Positions 9,260 through 18,917 are shown, numbered from the stretch's first letter. The stretch: 23,473 nt of DNA from Erysipelotrichaceae bacterium (GCA_028698185.1 JAQVDW010000026.1:1-23473), one strand, 5' to 3'. Program-made: numbers and translations. The notes: generated by a model from the letters alone, not told the origin.

Positions 9260-10555
9260 ATGATTAAATATTTGGGTGATAAACTGGGATTTTCCAAGGA
9301 AGAGACGAGCTGGATTCTTTATGATGTGGCCAATTCCGAATTCATCTTGATGACCACTACGGTCATCTTCCCGCTGATGATGAGTTACATTTCCAAGGTC
9401 CAGGGGTCGATCTATGTGGGCTGGGCGAACACAATCTATGCGCTGATCCTGGCGCTGATCGCACCTGTTCTGGGAACCATCGCGGATTACCGGGGTTATA
9501 AGAAGAAATTCTTCCTGCTCTTTTTAACGCTGGGACTGGCTGGCGCTTTTGTGCTGGCGTTGCCTTTCATCAACGATTTCCAGGCTTTTTTGATCTATAT
9601 TGTGACGATGGTCGGTTATGGCGGGGCCAATGTATTCTATGATGCTTTCCTGGTCGATGTCACCAGTGAGGCGCGGCTCAACAAGATATCCTCGGCTGGC
9701 TATGGCTGGGGCTATATCGGTTCGGTCGTTCCATTTTTGCTTTTCATAATTCCGTTTGGGGCGGTGACACTTTTCGGTGGTGATTTGCTTTCATTGCCAC
9801 TTGGCGGATTCACGCTGACCTACCGCCTGGCGATGTCAATCTCGATGGCTCTGGCGGCCTTGTGGTGGTTCGGGTTTTCCTTCCCGATGCTAAAAAATGT
9901 CAAACAACGCTACTTCCGACCTGATGAGGACCATGTCATCAAAAAATCATTCGAGCGTCTTTACAACACTTTCAAAAATATCCAGAACCAGAAAAACGTT
10001 TTCCTGTTCTGTCTGGCCTATTTTTTCTATATCGATGTGGTCAATTCGGTGATCAAGATGGCGGTGGCCCTGGCGACGGACATGGGCATATCGCCGGTGG
10101 CTTCGCTAGGCGTCATCATCGTCGTTCAGTTTGTGGCCTTCCCATCGGCCCTGCTATATGGCCACCTGGCCAACAGGGTCGGCGACAAGAAGATGCTTTT
10201 TGTGGGGATATTCGGTTATTTTGTCGTGGTCCTGGTCGGTTCTAGGCTCGGGCACAATCCCGGTCTGATCTGGGTATTGGGGTTCATTGTCGGATTGCTT
10301 CAGGGAGGAATCCAGGCGATATCCCGCTCGTTTTTTGCCAAGCTGATTCCCGACAAGAAAGACAGCAGCGAGTATTTCGGCTTCTTCTCGATCTTTTCGA
10401 AGTTCTCGGCCATCCTAGGTCCGCTGTCGATCTCGATAGTGGTCACCGTCACCAAGAATCCAAGCCAGTCGATCCTGGCGCTGATTCCGTTGCTGGTGAT
10501 CGGGGGATCCATTCTTGTTTTTGTCAAGGAACCTGAAAACAGTGAGGTGCAATGA
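9260..10555 (+). CDS. MFS transporter, UMF1 (Atg22-like) family
   Basis: About 12 TM segments. N-terminus SKEETSWILYDVANSEF is typical of UMF1. GGGGGGA RBS precedes ATG 9260. The ORF-track start at 9224 is upstream of the RBS. Confidence 0.8.
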   Translation: MIKYLGDKLGFSKEETSWILYDVANSEFILMTTTVIFPLMMSYISKVQGSIYVGWANTIYALILALIAPVLGTIADYRGYKKKFFLLFLTLGLAGAFVLALPFINDFQAFLIYIVTMVGYGGANVFYDAFLVDVTSEARLNKISSAGYGWGYIGSVVPFLLFIIPFGAVTLFGGDLLSLPLGGFTLTYRLAMSISMALAALWWFGFSFPMLKNVKQRYFRPDEDHVIKKSFERLYNTFKNIQNQKNVFLFCLAYFFYIDVVNSVIKMAVALATDMGISPVASLGVIIVVQFVAFPSALLYGHLANRVGDKKMLFVGIFGYFVVVLVGSRLGHNPGLIWVLGFIVGLLQGGIQAISRSFFAKLIPDKKDSSEYFGFFSIFSKFSAILGPLSISIVVTVTKNPSQSILALIPLLVIGGSILVFVKEPENSEVQ

Positions 10556-11730
10556 TGGATTTAGCACAATTAAAAACCAAAAGAATTCTTTTTACCTTCA
10601 CGATAATGGTTATCATCGCCGCGGCGGTATTCCACATCAACACGGTCATAAATTATCTGTTGGCGTTCATTGAACTGTTCAATCCCTTTTTTGTGGGATT
10701 GGCTATAGCCTATTTTTTCAATGTCTTCATGGTGATTGTTGAAAAGCGGATCAAAAACCGATTTGGCAAATACAGGCGGCTTGTTTCCTTTGGTGTGACA
10801 TTGACGCTGCTGGTGTTGATCGTGACCTTCGTTCTGTTCAATGTCGTACCGAACATGGTGCAGTCGATCAGGGAATTGGTGGAAAGCTTCAAGGGACTTG
10901 ACGCCACCATCAACTCCCTGGTGGGATCCAATCAAGGTTGGCTTGCCGGTTTTGACATCCAGATACCTGAGCTCGATTTTGATTTCGACACCATATTGGC
11001 GACATTGCAGAACAACTACCAGCTGCTTCTGGGCGGATTATCCAGTTATGCGACTCGGGCCATCGGGGGCTTGTCGACATTCTTTATCGGATTGTTCTTC
11101 TCGATCTACTTGATCTTGTACAAGGAGAAACTGGTCTACCAGACCCGCCGGGTGCTCTATGCCCTGGTTGAGGAAAAACGGGTCGATGGCATCCTGGAGG
11201 TCGCTTCGCTTGCCAACCGGACATTCAAGAACTTCATAACCGGGCAATGTCTTGAAGCTTTGATACTTGGCCTGATGTTCGCTCTTTCCATGACCCTGCT
11301 CAAGTTGCCGTACGCCATGCTGGTGGGATCGCTGGTAAGTGTGATGGCTTTGATTCCGATAGTCGGTGCCTTCATCAGCTTCCTGATCGGATTCTTCTTG
11401 ATTTTGATTGTGGATTTCAACCAGGCGCTACTTTTTGCCGGGCTTTATCTTGTCCTTCAGCAAATCGAGGGGAACCTCATCTATCCCAATGTGGTCGGCA
11501 GTTCGGTCGGCCTGCCTTCGATCTGGACCTTCGCTTCGGTGGTTGTTGGCGGATCGCTGTTCGGGGTTGTCGGAATGTTTGTCATGATTCCGCTTGTCAG
11601 TGTTGGCTACACGCTGTTCAAAAAACATATCGACAAGAGGCATTCTTCGCTTGGAATTGATGCCCGGAAGTTCTATGGCGGGCAAGCGGTGGCGGCAGCA
11701 GTCGATGACGGCGACGATGATGGAATCTGA
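10552..11730 (+). CDS. AI-2E family transporter (PerM/YhhT-like, UPF0118)
   Basis: A polytopic protein with the family motif LQQIEGNLIYPNVVGSSVGLPSIW. The start ATGATG overlaps the MFS stop TGA (10553-10555). GAGGTG lies upstream. The second ATG (10555) is equally possible. Confidence 0.85.
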   Translation: MMDLAQLKTKRILFTFTIMVIIAAAVFHINTVINYLLAFIELFNPFFVGLAIAYFFNVFMVIVEKRIKNRFGKYRRLVSFGVTLTLLVLIVTFVLFNVVPNMVQSIRELVESFKGLDATINSLVGSNQGWLAGFDIQIPELDFDFDTILATLQNNYQLLLGGLSSYATRAIGGLSTFFIGLFFSIYLILYKEKLVYQTRRVLYALVEEKRVDGILEVASLANRTFKNFITGQCLEALILGLMFALSMTLLKLPYAMLVGSLVSVMALIPIVGAFISFLIGFFLILIVDFNQALLFAGLYLVLQQIEGNLIYPNVVGSSVGLPSIWTFASVVVGGSLFGVVGMFVMIPLVSVGYTLFKKHIDKRHSSLGIDARKFYGGQAVAAAVDDGDDDGI

Positions 11731-11766
11731 CAATTTTTAGAATATGACTAAAAATTCATAAAATAG

Positions 11767-11795
11767 TTGACAAAGTTCGAATATTTATATAAGAT
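11767..11795 (+). promoter_or_regulatory. Sigma-A promoter of the aromatic amino-acid operon
   Basis: TTGACA (11767-11772), a 17-nt spacer, then TAAGAT (11790-11795). Confidence 0.7.
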
Positions 11796-11801
11796 AGGCC
11801 T

Positions 11802-12054
11802 ATAAATCAAATACGATGATAAGAAGCAGTAATTAACTGGACATTTACAGAGAGTCTTAGTGTGGTGGAATAAGATACTTGGAAGGTTAATGAATTCATC
11901 TTGGAGTAGAGTGCTGAACCATAGTAGGCATCTCCGGTTATAACCGTTATATTATGTGAGTATGATAGTACTCGAAAAGGTTGGCATAGTGATGTGCCAA
12001 TAAACAAAGGTGGTAACGCGATGACTCGCCCTTTACAGGGACGGGTCTTTTTTG
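11802..12054 (+). promoter_or_regulatory. T-box riboswitch leader, probable Phe specifier (UUC)
   Basis: Elements seen, in order:
- GA/K-turn gatgataag (about 11815).
- AGTA S-turn (11828-11831).
- Helix ATTAAC (11832-11837) / GTTAAT (11886-11891).
- AG bay AGAGAG (11849-11854).
- Distal loop GGTGGAA (11864-11870).
- Specifier loop GAA-TTC-A, with TTC at 11895-11897.
- F-box CCGTTA (11944-11949).
- T-box sequence AAACAAAGGTGGTAACGCG (12002-12020).
- A terminator hairpin with a T-run. Confidence 0.88.
12023..12054 (+). terminator. T-box attenuator terminator
   Basis: GACTCGCCCT pairs with AGGGACGGGTC (about 9 pairs including G-U, one mismatch) around loop TTACA. A T6 run follows (12048-12053). 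The 5' arm overlaps the end of the T-box sequence, as expected for antiterminator competition. Confidence 0.8.
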
Positions 12055-12094
12055 TTTGAAAATTAGAAACTGAAAGAAGAAAAGGAGAACAATT

Positions 12095-13099
12095 ATGATT
12101 ATCGTAATGAAAAGCAGCGCAACTAAAGAGGATGTTGCCAAAATCAAAGAGGGTGTTGAAGCCAAAGGGCTTAGAACTTCAATCGTAGTCGGAGAGGAAC
12201 AAACAATCATCGGTCTGATCGGGGATACGACCAAGATTGATCCACGTTCATTGGAAGTCGTACCTACTGTCGAAAAAGTGATGTATGTATCGGTGCCATA
12301 CAAATTGGCCAGCCGCCATTTCCATCCTGAAGACAGTGTGATCGATGTTTCCGGAGTTAAAGTCGGCGGGGGCAATTACTGCTATATCGCCGGACCTTGT
12401 TCGGTCGAAAGCGAAGAACAGGTTATCGAAATCGCCAAGGCGGTGAAAAAAGCCGGGGCGAACATGCTTCGCGGTGGAGCGTTCAAGCCACGTACCAGCC
12501 CATATGCCTTCCAAGGGATGGGGTCGACAGCTTTGGACATTTTGCTCAAGGCCAAGGAAGTCACCGGTTTGCCGATCGTTACCGAACTGATGGATGAATC
12601 GCATATCGAGGAATTCGAAGAGAAAGTCGACCTGATCCAGATCGGGGCCCGCAACATGCAAAACTTCTCATTGCTCAAGGAACTTGGAAAGAGAACAACC
12701 AAACCGATCCTGTTGAAACGCGGTCTTAGTGCGACTTACGAGGAATGGATCATGTCGGCCGAATACATCATGGCCAACGGAAACCCTAATGTCATCCTAT
12801 GCGAACGGGGAATCCGCACGTTCGAAACGTACACCCGCAACACCCTTGACCTGCAGGCGATTCCTGTATTGCAAAGAATGACCCACTTGCCAATCGTGAT
12901 CGATCCATCCCATGCCGGAGGCAAATACTGGCTGGTTGAACCGATGGCTCAAGCGGCGATGATCGCCGGGGCCGACGGTCTGATGATCGAGGTCCACAAC
13001 GATCCTGAATGCGCGATGTGCGACGGGGCTCAGTCGTTGAAACCGGAAAAATACGAAGCATTGATGACAAAAATCAAAAAAATCGAAGAATTGAGGTAG
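12095..13099 (+). CDS. aroF: 3-deoxy-7-phosphoheptulonate (DAHP) synthase, type I-beta with N-terminal ferredoxin-like regulatory domain
   Basis: 334 aa. About 70 aa at the N-terminus (MIIVMKSSATKEDVAKIKEGVEAKGL...) precede a KDO8PS-like core (GPCSVES, LRGGAFKPRTSPY, IGARNMQN, DPSH). RBS AAGGAG. Confidence 0.9.
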   Translation: MIIVMKSSATKEDVAKIKEGVEAKGLRTSIVVGEEQTIIGLIGDTTKIDPRSLEVVPTVEKVMYVSVPYKLASRHFHPEDSVIDVSGVKVGGGNYCYIAGPCSVESEEQVIEIAKAVKKAGANMLRGGAFKPRTSPYAFQGMGSTALDILLKAKEVTGLPIVTELMDESHIEEFEEKVDLIQIGARNMQNFSLLKELGKRTTKPILLKRGLSATYEEWIMSAEYIMANGNPNVILCERGIRTFETYTRNTLDLQAIPVLQRMTHLPIVIDPSHAGGKYWLVEPMAQAAMIAGADGLMIEVHNDPECAMCDGAQSLKPEKYEALMTKIKKIEELR

Positions 13100-13103
13100 A
13101 AGC

Positions 13104-14162
13104 ATGGAAATGATTGTTGATTTAGGCAAGGACAGCTATCCCATTGTCATTGAAAAAGGCGTTTTGGACAACTGCCTGGAGCAGATCGGCCGGGTGGCCA
13201 AGAATTGCAAAATTGTGATCATATCGGACGACAACGTCTATCCCCACTATGGTCCAAGAATCGAAAAGCAGCTTCAGGATCATTACCAAGTCAATTCAAT
13301 CGTCCTGCCTCATGGCGAAAAAACGAAAAGCTACGACAACCTGCTGCCCATTTACAATCAGCTGCTTGATTTGAATGTGACCCGGACCGATTTGATCATC
13401 GCCCTGGGGGGCGGGGTCATCGGCGATCTGACCGGTTTTGTGGCGGCATCCTATCTGCGGGGTGTGAAATTCGTCCAGATTCCAACATCTTTGCTGGCCC
13501 AGGTCGACTCTTCGGTCGGTGGCAAAGTCGCTGTTGATTTGCCAAAAGGCAAGAACCTGGTGGGGGCTTTCTATCAACCTTCGCTGGTATTGATCGATCC
13601 TGAAACCCTGGACACCTTGGATGACCATTTCATTAAGGATGGCATGGGTGAGGTGATCAAATACGGCTGCATCAAGGATGCGACGCTCTTCGAGATGCTT
13701 GAAAAGGCCGGCAATTTTGCGAAACTTAAGGAAAACATCGCTAAAGTGATTGAAATCTGTGTTAATATTAAAAGGGTTGTGGTTGAAAACGACCAGTATG
13801 ATTTCGGGGAGCGGATTCTTTTGAATTTCGGCCATACCCTGGCCCACGCCCTGGAAGCTCACTACAATTTTGAAACATACAGCCATGGCGAAGCGGTGGC
13901 CATTGGGATGTACCAGATCACCCGCCTGGGAGAAAAAAGAGGCCAATGTCCTAAGGGAACCGCCCAGGCGATAAAGGACATCCTTATCAGCTACGGTCTG
14001 CCTTACCAGACCGGATTGAAGATGGATGTGCTGACACCATACTTGAAATTTGACAAGAAAAATCTCGACAACGGATTGAAAATAGTGCTGATTGATGAAA
14101 TTGGCTCAAGTTTTGTCTATAAGACTGACAGTGAATATTTTACAGAAAGTGAGACGTGTTAA
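13104..14162 (+). CDS. aroB: 3-dehydroquinate synthase
   Basis: Motifs GGGVIGDLTGFVAA, QIPTSLLAQVDSSVGGK and NFGHTLAHALE. Confidence 0.93.
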   Translation: MEMIVDLGKDSYPIVIEKGVLDNCLEQIGRVAKNCKIVIISDDNVYPHYGPRIEKQLQDHYQVNSIVLPHGEKTKSYDNLLPIYNQLLDLNVTRTDLIIALGGGVIGDLTGFVAASYLRGVKFVQIPTSLLAQVDSSVGGKVAVDLPKGKNLVGAFYQPSLVLIDPETLDTLDDHFIKDGMGEVIKYGCIKDATLFEMLEKAGNFAKLKENIAKVIEICVNIKRVVVENDQYDFGERILLNFGHTLAHALEAHYNFETYSHGEAVAIGMYQITRLGEKRGQCPKGTAQAIKDILISYGLPYQTGLKMDVLTPYLKFDKKNLDNGLKIVLIDEIGSSFVYKTDSEYFTESETC

Positions 14163-15442
14163 TGAGCGAATTGACAATAACCCCGACCAAGTTGAAAGGC
14201 AAGATAGTCCTGCCTCCTTCAAAATCCCTGGCGCACCGTGCCATCATCTGTGCCAGTCTGGCTGATGGCGTCAGCCGGATCGACAATATCGAATATTCGG
14301 ATGATATCAAGGCGACGATTTCTTGCATGAAAGCCTTGGGAACCATGATCGAGGAGCACGGCGACTATGTGGTTGTCGACGGTTCGACTACCTTCACCAC
14401 TTCGAAATGCGAAATGGACTGCAACGAGTCGGGATCGACGCTGCGCTTCATGGTGCCTATCGCTCTGGTCAGACAAAACAATGTCCACTTCATCGGTCAA
14501 GGCCGCCTGGGACAACGCCCGCTGGATACCTATTATGAAATATTCGAGCGTCAGAATATCGAATACATGTACAGGGAAGGGGCTCTCGATCTCTATGCCA
14601 TGGGTCAGCTCAAGGCCGATGTGTTCGAAATTCCCGGAGATATATCATCACAGTTCATTTCCGGATTGATGTTCGCCTTGCCTTTGCTTCCTGGAGATTC
14701 CACAATCAAGGTTTCCGGAGTTCTCGAATCGAAGGGATACATTGATTTGACCTTGGATATGCTCAGCGATTTCGGAATCGAAATTGAAAACAACGACTAC
14801 CAAAGTTTCACCATCAAAGGCAACCAGAAATACCGGCCATGCAACAAGAGAGTCGAAGCCGATTTCTCACAGGCGGCTTTCTACCTGGTGGCCAGCGCTC
14901 TAGGTAGCGATTTGATTATCCAGGATCTTAATCTCAACTCATCTCAAGGGGACAAAATGGTCCTGGACTATCTCCTGGAGATGGGATGCGAGCTTCAAAA
15001 GTTGGAAGATGGAATCAAGCTGACTGCCAACGGACTTCGAGCGATCGAAGTTGATGCGAGCCAGTGTCCCGATGTCATCCCGGTACTGTCAGTGGCACTG
15101 GGCATGGCAAAAGGAACAAGCAATGTGACCAATGCGAAACGCCTGCGAATCAAGGAGTGCGACCGGATCGATGCGACTGTCGACCTGCTTGAAACCCTGG
15201 GTGGCAAGGTGACAAGCGACGAAAGCTCGATGACCATCACCGGAGTCGACCACTATACCAGTGGCGCATGCCGCACTTACGACGATCACCGCCTGGCGAT
15301 GTCGATTGGAATCATTGCAACGGTTTGTCAAGGGCCGGTGCATTTGGACAATAAGGAATGTGTCGGAAAATCATATCCGAAATTTTGGGATGATTACACA
15401 ATGTTAGGAGGAATTATCGATGCCCGCAACATGGAAAAGTAA
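14162..15442 (+). CDS. aroA: 3-phosphoshikimate 1-carboxyvinyltransferase (EPSP synthase)
   Basis: Motifs PPSKSLAHRAII, ESGSTLRF, LRIKECDR and DDHRLAMS. ATG 14162 overlaps the aroB stop (TAATG). GTG 14156 is the alternative start. Confidence 0.92.
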   Translation: MSELTITPTKLKGKIVLPPSKSLAHRAIICASLADGVSRIDNIEYSDDIKATISCMKALGTMIEEHGDYVVVDGSTTFTTSKCEMDCNESGSTLRFMVPIALVRQNNVHFIGQGRLGQRPLDTYYEIFERQNIEYMYREGALDLYAMGQLKADVFEIPGDISSQFISGLMFALPLLPGDSTIKVSGVLESKGYIDLTLDMLSDFGIEIENNDYQSFTIKGNQKYRPCNKRVEADFSQAAFYLVASALGSDLIIQDLNLNSSQGDKMVLDYLLEMGCELQKLEDGIKLTANGLRAIEVDASQCPDVIPVLSVALGMAKGTSNVTNAKRLRIKECDRIDATVDLLETLGGKVTSDESSMTITGVDHYTSGACRTYDDHRLAMSIGIIATVCQGPVHLDNKECVGKSYPKFWDDYTMLGGIIDARNMEK

Positions 15443-16493
15443 TTTGGAAGTTACCATTTTTGGTGAATCTCACGGCAAGGCTATCGGGGTTGTCTTAGGC
15501 AACTTCCCGGCTGGAATAAAGGTCGATGAAGAATTCATCGCAGTGCAAATGAAAAAACGGGCGCCGGGACTTAATATCATGTCGACCAGCCGCAAGGAAG
15601 CCGACAAGGTTGAAATCGTCTCAGGCGTTTTTGAAGGGATGACAACCGGTGCTCCTATATGCGGGATGATCTACAACTCGGACCAGCATTCGAAGGATTA
15701 CTCGATTCTCAAGGAAAAGATGCGTCCCGCCCACAGCGATTACCCGGCTGCAATCCGCTACAATGGATTCAACGACGTCCGTGGCGGCGGTCATTTTTCA
15801 GGCCGGATTACAGCTCCCATCGTTTTTGCGGGGGCCCTTTGCAAACTGGCGCTCAAGCAAAAAGGGATTGAAATCGTTTCGCATATCGCCCAGATCAAGG
15901 ATGTCCACGACGATCTTTTCCCAATGGATATCACTCCGGAAATGGTGGAACGTTTGAGCAATATGCAATATCCTGTCATTAAAGAAGGGGTGTTCGAACA
16001 GATGAGCGAAACCATCGACGAGGCCCGCTGGGGACAGAACTCGGTTGGTGGCAAAATCGAATGTGCCATCCTGAATGTTCCGGTGGGGTTGGGTGATCCG
16101 TTTTTTGACAGCGTCGAGTCGAAGCTAAGCTCACTGATGTTCTCGATTCCGGCGGTGAAATCGATTGCCTTTGGCAACGCGAACATCAGCGAACTTACCG
16201 GCAAAGAGGCCAATGACGAATACTACTACGATGAATTCAAGAATGTCAAAACTACCACCAACAACAATGGCGGAATCCTGGGGGGAATAACCACCGGCAT
16301 GCCTGTTGTCTTCACTTTGGGGCTGAAACCGACATCTTCGATTTCTCTAAAACAGAACACCATCGACATCAAGAGTCGTGAAAACACGACTTTGGAAATC
16401 GTCGGACGTCATGATCCTTGCGTAGTCCTGCGGGCTGCGGTCGTTGTGGAGGCCATGAGCGCGATTGCCGCCCTGGATCTGCTTAATGATTAA
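15420..16493 (+). CDS. aroC: Chorismate synthase
   Basis: Motifs TIFGESHG, RPAHSDY, RGGGHFSGR and GRHDPCV. AGGAGG lies 7 nt upstream. It overlaps the aroA end by 23 nt. Confidence 0.93.
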   Translation: MPATWKSNLEVTIFGESHGKAIGVVLGNFPAGIKVDEEFIAVQMKKRAPGLNIMSTSRKEADKVEIVSGVFEGMTTGAPICGMIYNSDQHSKDYSILKEKMRPAHSDYPAAIRYNGFNDVRGGGHFSGRITAPIVFAGALCKLALKQKGIEIVSHIAQIKDVHDDLFPMDITPEMVERLSNMQYPVIKEGVFEQMSETIDEARWGQNSVGGKIECAILNVPVGLGDPFFDSVESKLSSLMFSIPAVKSIAFGNANISELTGKEANDEYYYDEFKNVKTTTNNNGGILGGITTGMPVVFTLGLKPTSSISLKQNTIDIKSRENTTLEIVGRHDPCVVLRAAVVVEAMSAIAALDLLND

Positions 16494-17595
16494 GGATCTG
16501 GCAACTACCAGGGACGAGATAGACCATATTGACGCCCAGATTGTCGCCCTTTTTGAAAAACGGATGGAGCTTGTCGAAGAAGTCATCAAGTACAAACTGG
16601 AAAACAACCTGCAAATATTCCAATCGAGCCGGGAAAAGGAAGTCATCCAGAAAAATATCGCCCGATTGAAAAATCCTGGGTTGGCAAGCTATCTTGACAA
16701 TTTCTTCTCTGATCTGATGAACATCTCGAAGTCGTACCAGGCGACTTTCATTCCGCCGGTAAAAAAATACCAGAGCGCACCGGTGGTTGAAAATCCAATC
16801 GTCGGATATCAGGGAGTGCCTGGATCGTTTTCTTCGATGGCCATGAACAGTTATTTCGGCGATGTCCAAAGCAAGTGCTACAAGTCATTCCATGACGTCT
16901 TCGAGGCAATCGAGAATGATGAAATCGACTACGGCATCCTGCCACTGGAAAACTCTTCGACCGGAGCCATCAATGACAATTATGACCTGGTCCGCGATTA
17001 CAATTTCTATATTGTGGGCGAATGCAAAATAAAAATCGAACACAATCTATTGGGAATCAAAGGGGCCAAGCTGGAAGACATCAATGAGGTTTTTTCCCAT
17101 CCCCAAGGCTTGCTCCAAACAAGCGAATTTCTAGAAGGTCATCCCGCCATCAAGGCGACCAGCTTTTCGAACACTGCCGCTAGCGCCAAGTACGTTAGCG
17201 AACTGCAGGATCCAACCAAGGGGGCGATTGCTTCAATCCAGGCAGGGGAGCTTTATGGTCTTGATGTTATTGCCAAAAATATCGAGAACTCTACGAGCAA
17301 CACGACCCGGTTTATCGTTGTTGCCAAAAACCTCCAGGTAAGACCTGATGCCAGCAACATCTCCATCATCTTCACCCTGGCTCATGAGGTCGGTTCGCTG
17401 TACAATGTCTTGAAAACGATGAAAGACCACCAACTCAACCTGACCCGGCTGGAATCCCGGCCGATAGTCGGCAAGGACTGGCAATATTATTTCTATATCG
17501 ATTTTCAAGGCAATCTTGAAGATGCCAACGTCCAGGAGGCAATCAGCCACCTTGGTTCCCTGGCGGTCAAATTCAATGTGATAGGAAATTATTAA
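16486..17595 (+). CDS. pheA: Bifunctional chorismate mutase / prephenate dehydratase (P-protein) with C-terminal ACT domain
   Basis: The AroQ-type CM N-terminus reads TTRDEIDHIDAQIVALFEKRMELV. The PDT core reads YQGVPGSFS...TRF. The ACT motif reads LTRLESRPI. ATG 16486 overlaps the aroC stop. TTG 16465 is the alternative start. Confidence 0.9.
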   Translation: MIKDLATTRDEIDHIDAQIVALFEKRMELVEEVIKYKLENNLQIFQSSREKEVIQKNIARLKNPGLASYLDNFFSDLMNISKSYQATFIPPVKKYQSAPVVENPIVGYQGVPGSFSSMAMNSYFGDVQSKCYKSFHDVFEAIENDEIDYGILPLENSSTGAINDNYDLVRDYNFYIVGECKIKIEHNLLGIKGAKLEDINEVFSHPQGLLQTSEFLEGHPAIKATSFSNTAASAKYVSELQDPTKGAIASIQAGELYGLDVIAKNIENSTSNTTRFIVVAKNLQVRPDASNISIIFTLAHEVGSLYNVLKTMKDHQLNLTRLESRPIVGKDWQYYFYIDFQGNLEDANVQEAISHLGSLAVKFNVIGNY

Positions 17596-18090
17596 ATGGG
17601 AAACATCATATTAATCGGAATGATGGGCTGTGGCAAAAGTGTGATCGGCGCTTTGCTGGCCCAGCAGTTGCAAATGGATTTTGTCGATATGGACGAATAT
17701 CTCCAGGAGAAGTTCCAGATGACAATCCCGGAAATGTTTGAAATCAGCGAGGATTTCTTCCGGCAAAAAGAAACGGCCAGTCTGAAAGATGCCCTGGGAT
17801 TCCACAATACCGTTATATCCTGCGGCGGTGGCGTGGTGATGCGCGATGAAAACATCGATCTGCTCAAACAGGTTGGAACCGTAGTCTTCATCGACCGTCC
17901 GGTTGCCAATATCGTCCAAGACGTTGATTGCCTAAGCCGACCGCTGCTTAAAAACGGTCCGGAAAGGCTGTATGAACTTGATTTGATCCGGCGCCCGAAA
18001 TATATAAAGGCCTCCGATTATCAGGTGCACAATGACGGCAGTATCGAACAAACCGTAAAAAAAATAAATGAAATTATAAAAAAGGGCTGA
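17596..18090 (+). CDS. aroK: Shikimate kinase
   Basis: Walker A motif GMMGCGKSVIG, then the D-M-D motif FVDMDEY, then SCGGGVV. It starts immediately after the pheA stop. Confidence 0.9.
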   Translation: MGNIILIGMMGCGKSVIGALLAQQLQMDFVDMDEYLQEKFQMTIPEMFEISEDFFRQKETASLKDALGFHNTVISCGGGVVMRDENIDLLKQVGTVVFIDRPVANIVQDVDCLSRPLLKNGPERLYELDLIRRPKYIKASDYQVHNDGSIEQTVKKINEIIKKG

Positions 18091-18100
18091 GGCCCTTTTT
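18081..18100. terminator. Bidirectional intrinsic terminator shared by aroK (+) and punA (-)
   Basis: AAAGGGC (18081-18087) pairs with GCCCTTT (18092-18098) around loop TGAG. It is flanked by an A-run (18078-) and a T-run (-18100). The aroK stop lies in the loop. Confidence 0.7.
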
Positions 18101-18917
18101 ATAATTCCATCAATATTGCTTCAATCCATCTTCCCAGCCGGGTGCTTGATTGTTTTGCCATGGCCACCACCCGCTCATGAGAGTGTGGCCCCTTCTGGAT
18201 CCCGGTAGCCATATTGGTGATGCAGCCGATTGCGATGGTTTCGATACCCAGATAGTTCGCGACGATGGTCTCGGGCACGGTTGACATCCCGATGGCATCG
18301 ACGCCAAGTGTCCTGAAGGCACGGATTTCGGCTGCGGTTTCGTAACATGGTCCCATAAAACCGCCGTATACGCCTTCCCGGTAAGTGATGTTAAGATCTC
18401 TGGCGCATTTTTTTGCTGTAGCAACAAGATCGGCACTGTAAGGATTTGACATGTCGGGAAAGCGGGGTCCGAACCGCTCGTCGTTGACACCAATCAGGGG
18501 ATTGGTCCCGGCAAGGTTGATGAAATCGGTGATGATCATAAGGTCACCTGGTTGGAATTGTTCGTTGATGGCGCCGCAGGCATTGGTGATTATCAGCCGG
18601 GGGATTCCCAGCAACTTGAAAACAAAGAGGGGGTAGGTCACCTCTTTCATCGTGTAGCCTTCGTAATAATGGAATCGGCCCGCCATTATCATGATCATGA
18701 CGCCGTCTAGTACGCCTATTATCATTTGGTTCTCATGGCTGGATACGGTAGCCAATGGGAAGTTGGGAATGGAACCGTAACTGATCTTTACCGGGTTCTC
18801 TATTTTGTCGATTAGATCCTGCAGCCCGGAACCTAGAATAAGGGCCACCTTGACACCTGTAACATAATTACTGAGGAAAGCGGCGCTCCGGCTTGCCAGT
18901 TCATACAAATCTTCCAT
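18099..18917 (-). CDS. punA: Purine nucleoside phosphorylase (trimeric PNP/MTAP family, PunA type)
   Basis: Motifs ILGSGL, GRFHYYEGY, ITNACGAIN, GPCYETAAE and GMSTVPE. RBS AAAGGAG. Confidence 0.9.
   Translation of the reverse strand: MEDLYELASRSAAFLSNYVTGVKVALILGSGLQDLIDKIENPVKISYGSIPNFPLATVSSHENQMIIGVLDGVMIMIMAGRFHYYEGYTMKEVTYPLFVFKLLGIPRLIITNACGAINEQFQPGDLMIITDFINLAGTNPLIGVNDERFGPRFPDMSNPYSADLVATAKKCARDLNITYREGVYGGFMGPCYETAAEIRAFRTLGVDAIGMSTVPETIVANYLGIETIAIGCITNMATGIQKGPHSHERVVAMAKQSSTRLGRWIEAILMEL

Noticed and set aside
11731-11766. A/T-only inverted repeat TTTTTAG-n7-CTAAAAA after the AI-2E gene, as a possible terminator.
   Set aside because: The stem is almost entirely A-T and has no following T-run, so it is unlikely to terminate efficiently.
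11807-12375. Minus-strand ORFs 11807-12007 and 11947-12375.
   Set aside because: They overlap the T-box leader and the 5' end of aroF. The region is explained by the riboswitch and the DAHP synthase gene.
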